Of a stretch of DNA of 64,000 nt, positions 1-11,885 are shown piece by piece. Source of the stretch: Vitrella brassicaformis CCMP3155 (taxonomy: Eukaryota > Protista > Chromerida); assembly GCA_001179505.1 (NCBI GenBank), contig CDMY01000581.1, positions 124,001 to 188,000 of the forward strand. The letters are read 5' to 3'. The first letter of the stretch is position 1. Each line of letters starts with the position of its first letter. The notes beneath the pieces are model-generated. The model was not told where the DNA came from and did no database searches. It worked only from the letters and a program-made list of their open reading frames with translations. The translations under genes and the position numbers were made by a program.

Positions 1-908
1 CATGCTTGAAGAGGGGGCTGATGTGTGGGTGTGGCTGTTTATGTGTCACTCACAGCGCGTTCATCCGTGTGTCGGCGTGCGTGGCGCTTGTGGCTTGCTT
101 GTGACGCTTTGGCCTGCCTGCCTGCCTGGCCTACATGTGTGTCGTGTGTGTGTCGTTCGTGTGGACGGTGCGCCCGCCCGCATAATTGATGAAGGCTCAA
201 TGAATGACACTCCCTCCGAGTGTGTCGGCGTGTGCGCCACGCACTCCTGCACACCAACCAACCGCATTCATAAACTTCGCAAACCCTACGCATAACTAAG
301 TAGGGATGATTAGATGAGTACGTCGGCCGCCTCCCCGCCCCCCTGCAATGGGAAAAAGCCTCCAAATACAAGAAGCTATCAGGGTGGGGGGTTCGCTAAC
401 GGCGCATGCGCTTCTGGCGGACGGACAGACACCATTAGCTAAATAGCGGGTGAGATACATACCGGAAGGAAGACCCATGAATTGATGAGCAGACAGACAG
501 ACAAATATGCATGGCATCGTGTCTGTCTGTCTGTCCGTCCGTCCGTCCGTCCGTCGAACACTGATCATTCACCATCTATCATCACCACATGGTGCAATGC
601 ACCACCCACCCTCTCTGCGAAGGGCTGCCTGCCACGTCACGTGTGTCAAAACCCAACACACAACAAACACACCACACCCAATCCCGCAAGTACACACACG
701 CTGGGTAGGTAGGTAGGTAGGTATGCATTCAACCATCCGTGACTGCAGTGTGTGCAAACATGCGTCGGAAAAGCTCACACACAGCTCGCCACCCCTCACA
801 CATCTCGCTTCGCTTCGTTCATCAGGCCACCCACCCCCCCACCCACCCACCCACCTGCCTTCATTCATCCCCTGTCTGTCTGTCTGTCTGTTCGCCTCAC
901 TCACTCAC

Positions 909-2525
909 TCACCAGTCCCTCCGGTATTCATCACCTGCACACACATAACATACAGGCAGACAGGACGCACGCAGAGCAGACCCATGCAGGCAGTATGACA
1001 TACGTGCCCATCCATACGGATGGATTGCGTTTCGTTTCGTCCTCACCCACCTGTGTCCCCGATGGCCTTGTACATGTCCCGCGATTTGGCCAGCACCTCA
1101 TCTATCCTAGCCCTGTCTTCATCGTCCAGCCTCAGGTGAAACGACCTCAAGTTATCCTGCACGTGGTTGGCCACACCCAGACGAGTGCCCACAATCACGC
1201 CGCCCACAGCCGGCCTGTCCAAGACGTATTTGACGGCGACGTTGGGGATCTTGACTGAGTGCTTGTCGGCCACGTCCTTGAGCGCCACCAACAGCTCCTG
1301 CAGCAGACCCCAGCCGCCTGCACTCATCCATCAGCACACACCCACAACAGACAGACAGACAGACAGAGAGTGAGAGCTGTAGGTTCCGGTGCCATCCATT
1401 ATCGTCTCTGTGTGACTCGCCTCGCGTACCCCAGGTGTCGACCATCCGTTTGTATTTCTGCAGCGAGGCCGTGTCGAGCTGCAGCGGCGACGGCTCCTTC
1501 TTGCCAAGCCACCTCTCCGTCAAGAACCCCCCCGCCAGCGTCCCATAGGTCAGCAGCTGCACCCCGCTCTCGAGGCAGAATGGCACGAGAGCCACCTCAG
1601 GCCGCCTGTCGATGAGGCTGTACTGCACCTGGTTGCTCACGATACCCATGCTCTCGTACGCCTCGCGCGTCCGCTGCGTGTCAAAGTTGGTCACCGCTAG
1701 GTTTTTTATCTTGCCCTTGTCCTTGAGAGCAGCCAGATTGTTAAATGCGTCCTGATAGCGCTTGTCTGGATAGACCCACCTGGTGCAGATGAAACAACAA
1801 AAAGAGACATGCATGACCATTCCATCAATCAATCAATCACGGGCGTCTGAATGGAATGGCACGATGGAACGGTCTTTGCACCAATGGAACTGCAGCAGGT
1901 CGAGCTGGTCGACAGACATCCGAGAGCGCGACTTGTCGATGGCATTCTCGACGGCGGTTCTGCCCATGTCCTGGGGAAGCGGCACAAACTTGGTGAAGCC
2001 GACAATGCGGGAAGGGTCGGCGCCACGCTCTCTCTCGTCCGCCAGATGGGCGGCGTAAATCCGCTCTGCTGGCCCATAGATATCAGCCATGTCCCAGCAG
2101 CTCAGCCCGACGTCCTCATACTCCCGCATATCCGCCACCGCACTCTTGGGATCGATGCGGCCGTGGGCACCAGACACCTGCCACAGGCCGTTGACGATGC
2201 GCGGCACACGCAGAGAGCCCAGTGTGGAGTACTGATCTGAGGGGATTGACAAAGGGCGGCTGCCAGCACTGGCCGCATCTTGGGCTAACGTAGCAGCAGC
2301 AGCAGCATCTGCACTGACGCGTGGGGTGTTGAAGCCTCCAAGAGCTGATGCGGCCACGCCAGCTGTCGCAGCAGCAGCAGCAGATGCAATGGCCTCTCGC
2401 CGGTCGAGGTGCCTTGGGCCGTCGGCAGACATTCGGAAACGGGTCAATGTCAATCGGTGACCATTGAAAGCATGTATGCAGGGGACGAAGAATAGGGCAG
2501 CACAGACGAGGGTAGCCACCTGCAT
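909..2525 (-). CDS. Aldo/keto reductase with signal peptide + transit peptide, 4 exons (2525-1882, 1779-1430, 1317-1051, 934-909)
   Basis: The spliced translation has AKR motifs (RIVNGLWQVSG, WDMADIYGPAE, DLLQFHWW, SNQVQYSLIDRRP, LLTYGTLAGGFL) and ends GDTGDEYRRDW*. GT-AG sites keep frame. The N-terminus MQVATLVCAALFFVPCIHA-F is signal-peptide-like. Confidence 0.93.
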
Positions 2526-2777
2526 CTTGTGCGCTGATGGCCTAGTGCGCCGCTCGGACGAGGTTGTCATAAGGGGATGGCGGGAAGATGCGCTTGCGCG
2601 TCGACGGTGCTCCGTTGTAAGGATGGGTGCTTCGGCCTACCATTGCCTTGCCACTGGCGTTATCACCTTCAGCGGAAGCGAAGCCGGGCTTAGCTCGCAA
2701 TCGGAATGCGCCTCGGCTTTTGGATGATGGAGGGCGTGGACTGACTGTAGACTGGCACTGGTCTTTAGCGCGCCAGA

Positions 2778-3474
2778 ATGCACAAATCTTGTGTGCTTCT
2801 GGGTTCAGCGGTGCCTCACCCGCATTACGGCGCCTATGGCAGCACGCTTCAGAAGATCTTCAGCTTCGCAGCCTTCAACCGCCTCATTGCCTTCTCCCTG
2901 GGCTGGGGCTTCACGTTCGCCTTCTGGGCGCCGGACGAGAGCAAAATCTATGACGTGTTCCCGGTGTTCAAGCAGAAGCACTACGCCTACCTGGTGGCCT
3001 ACAAGGTGCCGCGAGAGGAATTTGGCACATTCGAGTTCCACTGGAGGAGCTTGGCGCGCTTCTGCCAGATGCAGGAAGGTGTGTTCCACGAGTGTCAGGC
3101 AGGCAGGCAGGCATCAGGCATCAGGCAGCTCAAGAAAAGAGAGACGGATTCATTCATGCCCGCGCATGACCGGCCTGTCGCTGTCGTGTGTGTGTTGTAT
3201 GCTATGTGCGTCAGGGTACCTGTACACGCGGCTGCTCAAGGCGCGCAAGTACGACAAGGCGGATGCCCACTACATCTCGCTGACGACATGGGTGACGGAG
3301 CGGAGCCACAGCAAGGCCATGGCCAAAACTAAGGGCCTCGAGCTGCAGGGCAAGCTGCCCACCGGGGACCGGTTCAAGTCCCAACTCTACAAGATTGTCG
3401 TTGACGACTCCGAGTACTCACCGGTCCCTGACTATTCTCCCACAGCGGGACCAACACCAGGACGGGTGGCATAA
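2778..3474 (+). CDS. ~186 aa protein with an N-terminal TM segment and an ABM-like (dimeric alpha-beta barrel) domain, 2 exons (2778-3078, 3215-3474)
   Basis: An in-frame GT-AG intron joins ...FCQMQEG|YLYTRLL.... The hydrophobic stretch is FNRLIAFSLGWGFTFAFW. FEFHW...QEGYLYTRL...YISLTTW follows the ABM beta-alpha-beta pattern. Confidence 0.75.
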
Positions 3475-5861
3475 ATAACAGTGTGCAGCGCAGCCTGCCC
3501 GAGGAGGGAGGGAGGGAGGGAGGGAGGAGGGACCTGCACAGCATCTTTCTTCCCCTCTCTCCCTTCAATCTTCATCGTGCTGTTGGTGGTTCTTCTGTTG
3601 ATGTACTCTCTCTCTCTCTCCCTGGCTGGGTGTATGGTATGGCTGGTTTTGTCTGTCTGGTTGCCTGGCTCGATTCGCGTGTGTGTCTACCCATGGTGGG
3701 CCTCTGACGTTGACTGACATCAACTGACTGAGGGTATGCACGGCGATTCAAATGACATGGATGCACGTCTGTCTGTCCCTCCGTCCGTCCGTCCGTCGCC
3801 CACTCACTCACCATACCATCAACCGATAGATAGATAATACGAGGGGGGGAAGCAGACATTGAATTCATAACTGTACACACAGTAGACGCAGACAGTCACC
3901 CTTTATCCATGCATCCACTGTCCACCCTGTCAGCGTTAGTCAGCCATTGTCTGCCCACGTCGAGCACCAACCGGTGTGTCGGCCCCCCGCCCCAGTAGCA
4001 AGGAAGCACAACAAATCGAATCGATGAGTGCGGGAAAAACACCTTCGGTGCGACACAGCCGTGTGTTTCATTCTGAGCGGAAGCAGGCAGCCTCCCTACT
4101 TGCTCTCCTTCACTGCAGGCCATACTGTCTCGCTCCCGTGGCTAGCTGACCTGTACTAAAGCCACTGCACATGTGTATTCGAGTTGATGAGAAGGCCGGC
4201 GCCCATTATGGTGAAGTCTGCGAGGGGCAGATCAGCTGCTTCGACACTCGACTTCGAGCGTCTGAGCACCTGGCCTGGCCCACACAGACGTCACCATATG
4301 GACGTCAAGCAGAGAAAGGAGGAAAGGAACGGCAACTTTCGACAAAAACTCAATGCGGTGTCGTGTGGCTGCCTGGCTGGAAGGAAGGAACACGAAAATC
4401 ACCCTTCCTCCTCAATGTCTGCCTTGCCTCTATCTATCTATCTGTCTGCCTGCCTCAATCAATACGATAGAGTGAAGAAATGACGACGTCCTTACGCAGG
4501 TGCACATACAGTATGTGTGTATACACAGCAAAGGGACGTCTGGCGGAAGGAACGAAGACAGAATTGTACGCATGTCGCCCCGGTGGAAGGCATGCAGCCA
4601 GAGACCTTCACTCATCTCATTCATCCCACCATGGATGGATGGCATGGATGCTTTGCTTAGATAGATACCCAAGAAGAACAATTCAATTCACTCGATCGGG
4701 CGATGACAAATACGGACCCCCCCGCCCCCCCACACGGACAACCACCTCACGGAGTCAGTGAAAGCCACGCATGTACCTACCTTACAGAGACATAGACATA
4801 CCGATGCATTAGATAGATATTATGTATATCGATGCCACACAGACACAATGAATGAAAGTGTCCATCCGTGCTTCCGTACTCCCTAAAGGCTCAGACAGAG
4901 GGCCTCCCGGCCCGGCCTCTGACGTGCTCGAACGCTGCATGGCATGGCATGCCATGGGTGGATAAGCTATGCCGAGAATCGGACCCAGCAAACAAGAACG
5001 AACCTCAATCAGTCAGACCCTCTCTCCTCTCAGCTATGTACACACACTCGACGTGATCCCTCGTGAGCGCTAGGCAACTGCAGGCACCAAATAAGGCCTG
5101 CCTGAGCCACGCACGGAAGACTGACACCACACACAGAAAGACAGATACACACACAGACAGAACACGCCCGGCCCGCCTCTCGGCGATCCGCAAAAAGGCG
5201 GCCGCGCACGTGGCGCGAAATGGACCGCAGGCAGGCAGGCAGGCAGGAATGCTTGCTGCTGCTGTACTGTCGAGCGGTGTGGTCGTGCTCTCTGTCTCTC
5301 TCACACTTGCTCATGGATATGTATGTTTGTATGGATGTGCAGTGCATTGCATTTTATGTACAGACCAACCACCAGAAGGCACAGCACAAGGGGGGTGGGG
5401 TGGTCGGATGGCTAGCTAGCTCTGCATGGGCATGGCCATGCAGCCGGCCGGAAAGAAGGACGGACGAAGGGGAGAAGGAAACACTTGGCAGGTGTGTGTG
5501 GCTCCCTCCCTCCCGCACACACACGTGCCACTCTCGGTCTACACCATACATATCATTGTTGTGTGGCTCAACAGGGGAGCCAAAAGACACTCCGTCACCA
5601 TCACTCACAGGCATCCAGGCAATATCACGTGACGTGACCCCTCCCTCCCTCCCTGCCTGCCTCTCTGATCTCAGGCCATCTCATTGCAAATACAATGAAT
5701 GTCTGCCATCCATCCATCCAGCCATCCAGCGATGCAGCCAGCCCCTTACAGCCACTCAGTCACCTCTCTCTCTCGCTCGCTCGCTCGCTCGCATGCTTGC
5801 TTCCTTGCTGCACTGCATCTCTTGAAAAGGCCGGCAGCAGCGCACACACAACACCAGCACC

Positions 5862-6161
5862 NNNNNNNNNNNNNNNNNNNNNNNNNNNNNNNNNNNNNNN
5901 NNNNNNNNNNNNNNNNNNNNNNNNNNNNNNNNNNNNNNNNNNNNNNNNNNNNNNNNNNNNNNNNNNNNNNNNNNNNNNNNNNNNNNNNNNNNNNNNNNNN
6001 NNNNNNNNNNNNNNNNNNNNNNNNNNNNNNNNNNNNNNNNNNNNNNNNNNNNNNNNNNNNNNNNNNNNNNNNNNNNNNNNNNNNNNNNNNNNNNNNNNNN
6101 NNNNNNNNNNNNNNNNNNNNNNNNNNNNNNNNNNNNNNNNNNNNNNNNNNNNNNNNNNNNN
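5862..6161. other. Assembly gap (300 N placeholder)
   Basis: Run of exactly 300 N; the right flank is a (CCAT)n microsatellite. Confidence 1.
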
Positions 6162-6193
6162 CCATCCATCCATCCATCCATCCAGAGGGCTCA

Positions 6194-8221
6194 CTATGCC
6201 CTCACTGGTAGAGGCACCTTCACACCCGCACTGGCGCCCCCACCAGCACCCCTGTCCAGCAGCTGCAGCTGTGAGCAGGCCCGCGCCCCACCTCCAGCAA
6301 CTGACCACACAGACATATTAATGTCCTGGTGGTGCTGTTGTGGTGGAGGTTGTAATGGGGACGCACTCGCGGCAGCAACAGCTTGGCTGTCGCCAGCAGC
6401 AGAATGGCGGCCCGATTGCCTTGTCGTCCCCAGTAGAGGATCGCTCAGCAGGGCCGCCGAGCAAGGGTGAATTCGATCATCATCGCCACCGTCAGCATCG
6501 CTGACACCAAGAACGACACTTTCACCAGCAGACTCTCCACTGTCATAGCCACCTCTACTCGCCGCGCCCTCTGACTCCGCCTCATCATCACGCAGCGGCC
6601 GAATGTCGATTTCCTGCAGCGCAACCGCGCTGCTGCCGTCGGTGCGCCGTGTTTGCATTTCCTCATCGGATTGTGCGGATGGGGATCGGTGGAATGCGGG
6701 CGACATTGGGATGGTCGTGGCCATGGCCGGCTCTGGGGGGTGGGTGCGGGCGGCCCTGTTGCTCACGAAGCTGAGGTAGCAGTTCCACACGATGGTAAAG
6801 ATGTTGATGAAGAAGACGCGATACGCCAGAGGGATCACAGCAAAGTTTATCAGATTCACCTGTGTGTAGGTGTGACACACCACACAACACACCCAACACA
6901 CACACATGAATGAGCAGAGCAGACGGGCATCGTGTGTCGGGCTGTGAGCGTCTGTCTGTCTCGTGTTCTCACCCACCAGTGGCCACATCTTGAACCCCAT
7001 GAGTGTGATAGGCAGGAAGTCCTTGTTGAGTTTGCGGCGCACCCTGGACCACTCGAGCGTGGCGAGGTAGGTGATGTAGACGATGAAGATGCAGTTCATG
7101 GGCGGAGTGAATAGCAGCTGGTCCAGACACACCGACTCGAACACCGCGAGGGCCGTCCTGGACCCCACGCCCGACTCTATAACCTGGTACTTGGCGTGAT
7201 TCATCACACCTACACACAGCACCAACACGACACCATAGCCATCCAATGAATGGAATGAGTCGCCCCTCGGTCGGTTGTCTCCTGCCTGAGTCTGCACGCA
7301 CCTGCGGCCAGCCCCCAGCTGCTGAACCGGACTGCTCTTCGCCAGTCGTATGGCGGCCTCCACCCAGGTCTATCGCCACCCCGCCCGCCAGTGCCAGGCG
7401 CCACCTCAAACCGCGACGGGGCCGATGTAGGGGAGGGGGCCGACGTTGCCGACAACGCACCCGATGGCGGCTCTGCTGTGCTGCTGGCAATGCTCGACAG
7501 GCTAACGACGATGGTGAGGCGGCCCTTGGCGGGCTCGCTCTTGGCGTGGGGCACCGCACCCATATCGCCCGTCTTGACCGTCGCCTCTGGCGGCTGGCCG
7601 TGCTCCCTCTCTGCTGCCAAGAGGGAGGCAGTGGACGAGGAAGGGGTGAGTTGAGGGGGGGTGATGGTCGTGGGGGTGGGGTGCCGCGACAAGGCGTGCA
7701 TGGGACTGGACGTGCTCGTGACTTCGCGAGAGGTGACGTTGCTCGGGCGGGGCTTCCAGATGAAGTGCTGAGCTATCAAATCGGCCTGCAACAAGCAACA
7801 CAAACGCAGACGACCCTCATGTCAGCAGTCAGCAGCAGTCACTCATTCGTCATGTTAACACTGTTGCCGTACGTACCAGCCATGCGAAGAGACACGAGGT
7901 CAGCGCCTTGGTGAGCAGCGCGTGTGTTTCCAGGCTGGCATGATAGGCCGCCACAGCGCCCAGAAGGTCCTCTACTATGGTCGGAAAGATGTTGGTCGTG
8001 AACCCGACGATAAAGCCCTGGTATACGCCATACAGAAGGCACGCGGAGACCAGAGCGGAAAAAAGGCCGTTGAACACGGTCGTCGTGGTCACGACGTGGG
8101 GCACGAGCCGCCAGTAGACGTGGAGGAAGAGCAACCTGAGACGACTCAGGCGACGGGAAGGCCTGAGAGGGTGGAGGAGCGCCTCGCGGCCGCTCACAAC
8201 GAGCGTATCACCATCGGCCAT
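6194..8221 (-). CDS. Mpv17/PMP22 family membrane protein, multi-exon, with low-complexity insertion and C-terminal tail
   Basis: Motifs LETHALLTKALTS..ADLIAQ, YDWRRAVRF, CLDQLLFTPP, KMWPLVNLINFAVIPLAYRVFFINIFTIVWNCYLSFV. ATG at 8221 is preceded by an in-frame stop. Confidence 0.9.
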
Positions 8222-8595
8222 TGCGTTCAAGGGGTGTTGATATCAGCCGTCGCCGATGGCCGCACTGGGCGCCGCTTTGTTGCTGAACTCCCTCTTTGCG
8301 GTGTGGGAGCGCCTCGATTGTTGTGGTCCTGAGATGCTTGGCGCCAGAGGAAAGGTTCTTCCCATTCTCCTTCCGCAAACGAATGAGCGTTAGTGCGTGG
8401 AGTGTCGTGAAAGGAGGGAGAAAAGGCAGCTAGCTTACCTCACGATTTCGTTGTGCGAAGGTGAGGCGGGTGCACCTTAAGGGTCGTGGGTAGCTGGGCA
8501 AGGCAGAAATCTGTCTTTCTGGGTCGGATCTGTGTCTGTCTGTGGCTGCCCTCTTGATTTGAGCAGAGTGTCTGGTGGTCGTGTCGTGGTTCGTG

Positions 8596-9557
8596 ATGTT
8601 TCGTGGCGTCAACAAGAAGATCGCCAAGGCCAAGGGCGACGCCCCGCCGACCGAGCTGGAGGAGGAGGTGGCCAAGGCGCTCTTTGACATCGAAGTCAGC
8701 CAGACGTCAGAGATCAAGGCCGATCTCCACGACATACAAATCACATCCGCAAAGGAGGTTGGTATACACACAGCACAGGCAGGCCACGGACAGACACACA
8801 GGGGGGATCACATGATCGAACGGGGTGTGTGGGTGTGCGTGTGTGGTGTGTCTGTCGTGTGTGCAGGTTGAGGTGAAGCCGGGTCGGACGGCCATCATCA
8901 TCTTCTTCCCCTACCGTGTCTGGAAGAACGTCAAGAGGATCCAGGTGTGTGTGTGTGTGGAATGTCCACCATGCAAAGGTCCTGATGCCTGCCTGTTGGT
9001 TTTGTTTGGTCCGATCGTTGATCAGAGTCGTTTGATTCACGAGTTGGAGAAGAAGTTTGGTCGGCGCCATGTGGTCCTCGTGGCACAGCGCACCATGATG
9101 AAGCGAGCCACCAAGGGCATGAAGGCAAGCACCCCCACACACACGACAAGGGAGAGGAGGGCACTCACTCGTGTTTTGCCGGTCTGTGTCTGAACGTGTC
9201 TGTCGTACAGATCCGTCCCCGGAGCCGCACGTTGACAGCGGTGCACCAGGCCCTGCTCGAGGACGTTGTGGGCCCCACCGAGATCGTCGGCAAGCGCACA
9301 CGAATCAAGGCCGAGGGAGGCACCATCATCAAAGTGTACGCCAAACGCACAGCACCGCACACACCAGGCCAGCTGGCTGCGCAACGAATGAATGAAATGT
9401 ATGTGTGTGTGTGTGTGTGTGTGGTTGTTGCAGTCACCTTGACCCGAAGGACAAGGAGAAGGACAACATTGAGGAGAAGCTTCAGACCTTCTCGTCCGTC
9501 TACAAGACTCTCACCGGCAAGGAGGCCGTCTTCACATTCCCAGAACACGTCTACTGA
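8596..9557 (+). CDS. RPS7: 40S ribosomal protein S7 (eS7), 5 coding exons
   Basis: [78 protein letters not shown]. The third intron is GC-AG (9125-9210). Confidence 0.98.
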
Positions 9558-10183
9558 TTCCAATCCACCCATCCTTCAATCGATGGATGGCCGGTTGGCT
9601 GGCTGGCTGCTTGGCCGCCGTCTGGCCAGTGGACGGGGGGACGGCCGGTGTTGTCGATGTGATGACTGGTGGTCTGTGGGCTATGGGATGTGTGTGCATG
9701 TGTGGTGAGTGAGTGGCTCTTTTGAGATGGAAGAACTTCGTAAACCCGCTGCTGCGTGTCTTGTGAATGATCAATGAATGATTCCGCTTTGTTTGTGTGG
9801 CTCTGGCCGGAATTATCCGTCCGTATCTGTCATGTAGGCAGCGCCCTGCACAGCACATTCATTACATACAAGCTAGCTTTGCAGGACTAGGTAGATATAA
9901 AATGTAGACAGCGATCGTCTGCTCCGCACTGCAGTCACTGATAGCTCAATCGCATAGGCAGACAGCAGAGACTCAGCCAGCCACAGTACAGTCAGAGACA
10001 TGCATGGCAAGCAGACCAACCAACACGAAGATGTGTGGGCACGCCACCGTCCGTCCCCGCACTACCACACACTCACGTGCAGTGCATCCGATATCTGTAT
10101 GCCCTCCCGCAGCGCAGCCCACGACAGCCAAACAAACCGGACACAGACGCACATGACACAGTGCATTTCTCTGATCATTTTTC

Positions 10184-10709
10184 TCACATGGCAGCAGCGA
10201 CCACCTGTCTCATGTGATCTCCTTCCACACCACGCTCGTCCTTGTCGAGATGATGCACCACCTGAGACCACAAACGACAGACACAGTCGATTGATCGGTA
10301 TGGGCGAGTGTTCGGTTGCGGGTGTGTGTACCACTATGTGTTTGGCGATGTGCGGGTAGCCGGCCGTCATCGCTACACCGTCCAGGTCGAACTCGCCCTG
10401 CTCGAACTTGAGCGTCGCCAGCTTCCCAGCGAGGCCGTGATCAGCCTCCCTCGGCGGCACGACCACGTGCACGTGCTCGGCTAACCCACTGTCACTGACT
10501 ACCTGCACACACACAAAAACAGCATTCGTTGAACACATGAGAGAGCAGGTGCATGTGCATGCGATGCTCACCTCAGCGAGGGGACCGCCGCCTTTTGTGC
10601 TGCCACACGCCACTTGCCGCAGTGCTTCGTGTGGCTCAGGCGGTTCATCTTCGGGCCGGTACCGGGGTAAAGCCACTGCACAGATCAAGGCCATGACAGG
10701 ACAAGACAA
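10184..10709 (-). CDS. Hypothetical spliced protein with degenerate macrodomain-like motifs; 5' and 3' ends uncertain
   Basis: Phase-consistent exons (~10680-10571, 10502-10332, 10261-10184) give ...STKGGGPLAEVV...GVAMTAGYPHIAKHIVVVHH.... Confidence 0.4.
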
Positions 10710-10809
10710 TGCGATTCGGCGCTCACCACTTCAGGGTCGTCTTAATTGACTTGCCGAGCCGCCCTTTCCAGCCGAGTGCAGCAGGGGCGGCGGAAGGCAG
10801 CGGCATTCG

Positions 10810-11419
10810 TCATGCCCGTCTTCGGCTGCTTTCTTGAACATCTGCGGCATCATCTTGTCTCTTCAACTGGACACGGGCGGCGACAGCGGTGACCTTTGAA
10901 TCAGCTTTGGCAGGAAGGGAAAAGTTCCTCTTCAGTGCAAAGTACACGTTGCAAACCTTCCGTGAGATCAGCTGCAAGTCAGCTGCAAGTCAGCTGTCTG
11001 TCTGCTGCTCTTGAAGAGAAAGAACACAGCAGCAACATTGTTTGACAGCGTTTCCCCTTCCCTCTCATTCATTTCCCCTTTCCTCTCCTTCTCACCTACC
11101 TACTTGTGCAGCGGCGGCCTCCTCCGCGTGCTGCTGGGTTGGCCGGCGGGCTCCTGTGGACACATTCACGACAGAAGCAGAGAGAGGCAGTCGGGTACAT
11201 ACGGTGTGTGTCGTGTAAGTCTGTGTTTGAAGAACAACTTCACTTGGTGGTCTCAGTGTGTTCCCTCGGTCACCTCAGCAGCTTTCGCCGTGTCTTCTCG
11301 GGGATGAGGCTGGCGGCCAGAAAGACGACGCCGCCCAACGCCAGCTCACCAACAATCAGGGCTGCATGCTGCACGTTGCTCTCGTACTCATTCATCTCCG
11401 CGCGCTGGTCTCTGCACAT
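10810..11419 (-). CDS. Possible small 3-exon protein (~95 aa) with one hydrophobic segment
   Basis: Exons near 11419-11271, 11150-11105 and 10904-10810 join in phase through GT-AG sites. The TM-like stretch is AALIVGELALGGVVFLAASLI. No family recognised. Confidence 0.25.
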
Positions 11420-11773
11420 CCACTCAGAAATTCTTTCGACTGCTGCTGGTGCTGCGACGCGCTCTGCTCTCTCCTCCAGCACTTCTCATCTTCGGTTTGT
11501 TGGAGAAAATCTCTTTTCCAGTTTTACCCTCTGTACCCTAAATCGCCGTCTCGATTCTCGACCGGAAGACAAATGCTCTGACTGCAAAGCGCTCTCGCCA
11601 GGCTACAGGGAACTGTGCGTGCGCTGATCTTCGCTGATCTTGTCAATCCTTAGTGGAGGGAGTTGCTGGTGAAGATCAAGAGGTCAGATGGTGCGCACAC
11701 AATGGACAGGACAGACAGGCACGCAGACATGACATGCAGTGGATGCACTCATTCATCCAGTCAGTCCATTCAT

Positions 11774-11807
11774 TTCTTCTTCTTCTTCTTCTTCTTCTTC
11801 TTCTTCT
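11774..11807 (+). repeat. (TTC)n microsatellite, probably in the 5' UTR intron of the OSCA gene
   Basis: About 11 perfect TTC units are visible. Confidence 0.95.
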
Positions 11808-11885
11808 CGTTTCCTTGCCTTCCTGCCTTGCCTTGTGCGTCTGTTTCTTCCTTTGTGTGTGTGTTGTCTTTCAGCACACGATACG

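Noticed and set aside
10968-10996. TCAGCTGCAAG x2.6 short tandem repeat
   Set aside because: It is short, lies in a probable intron, and is consistent with slippage.
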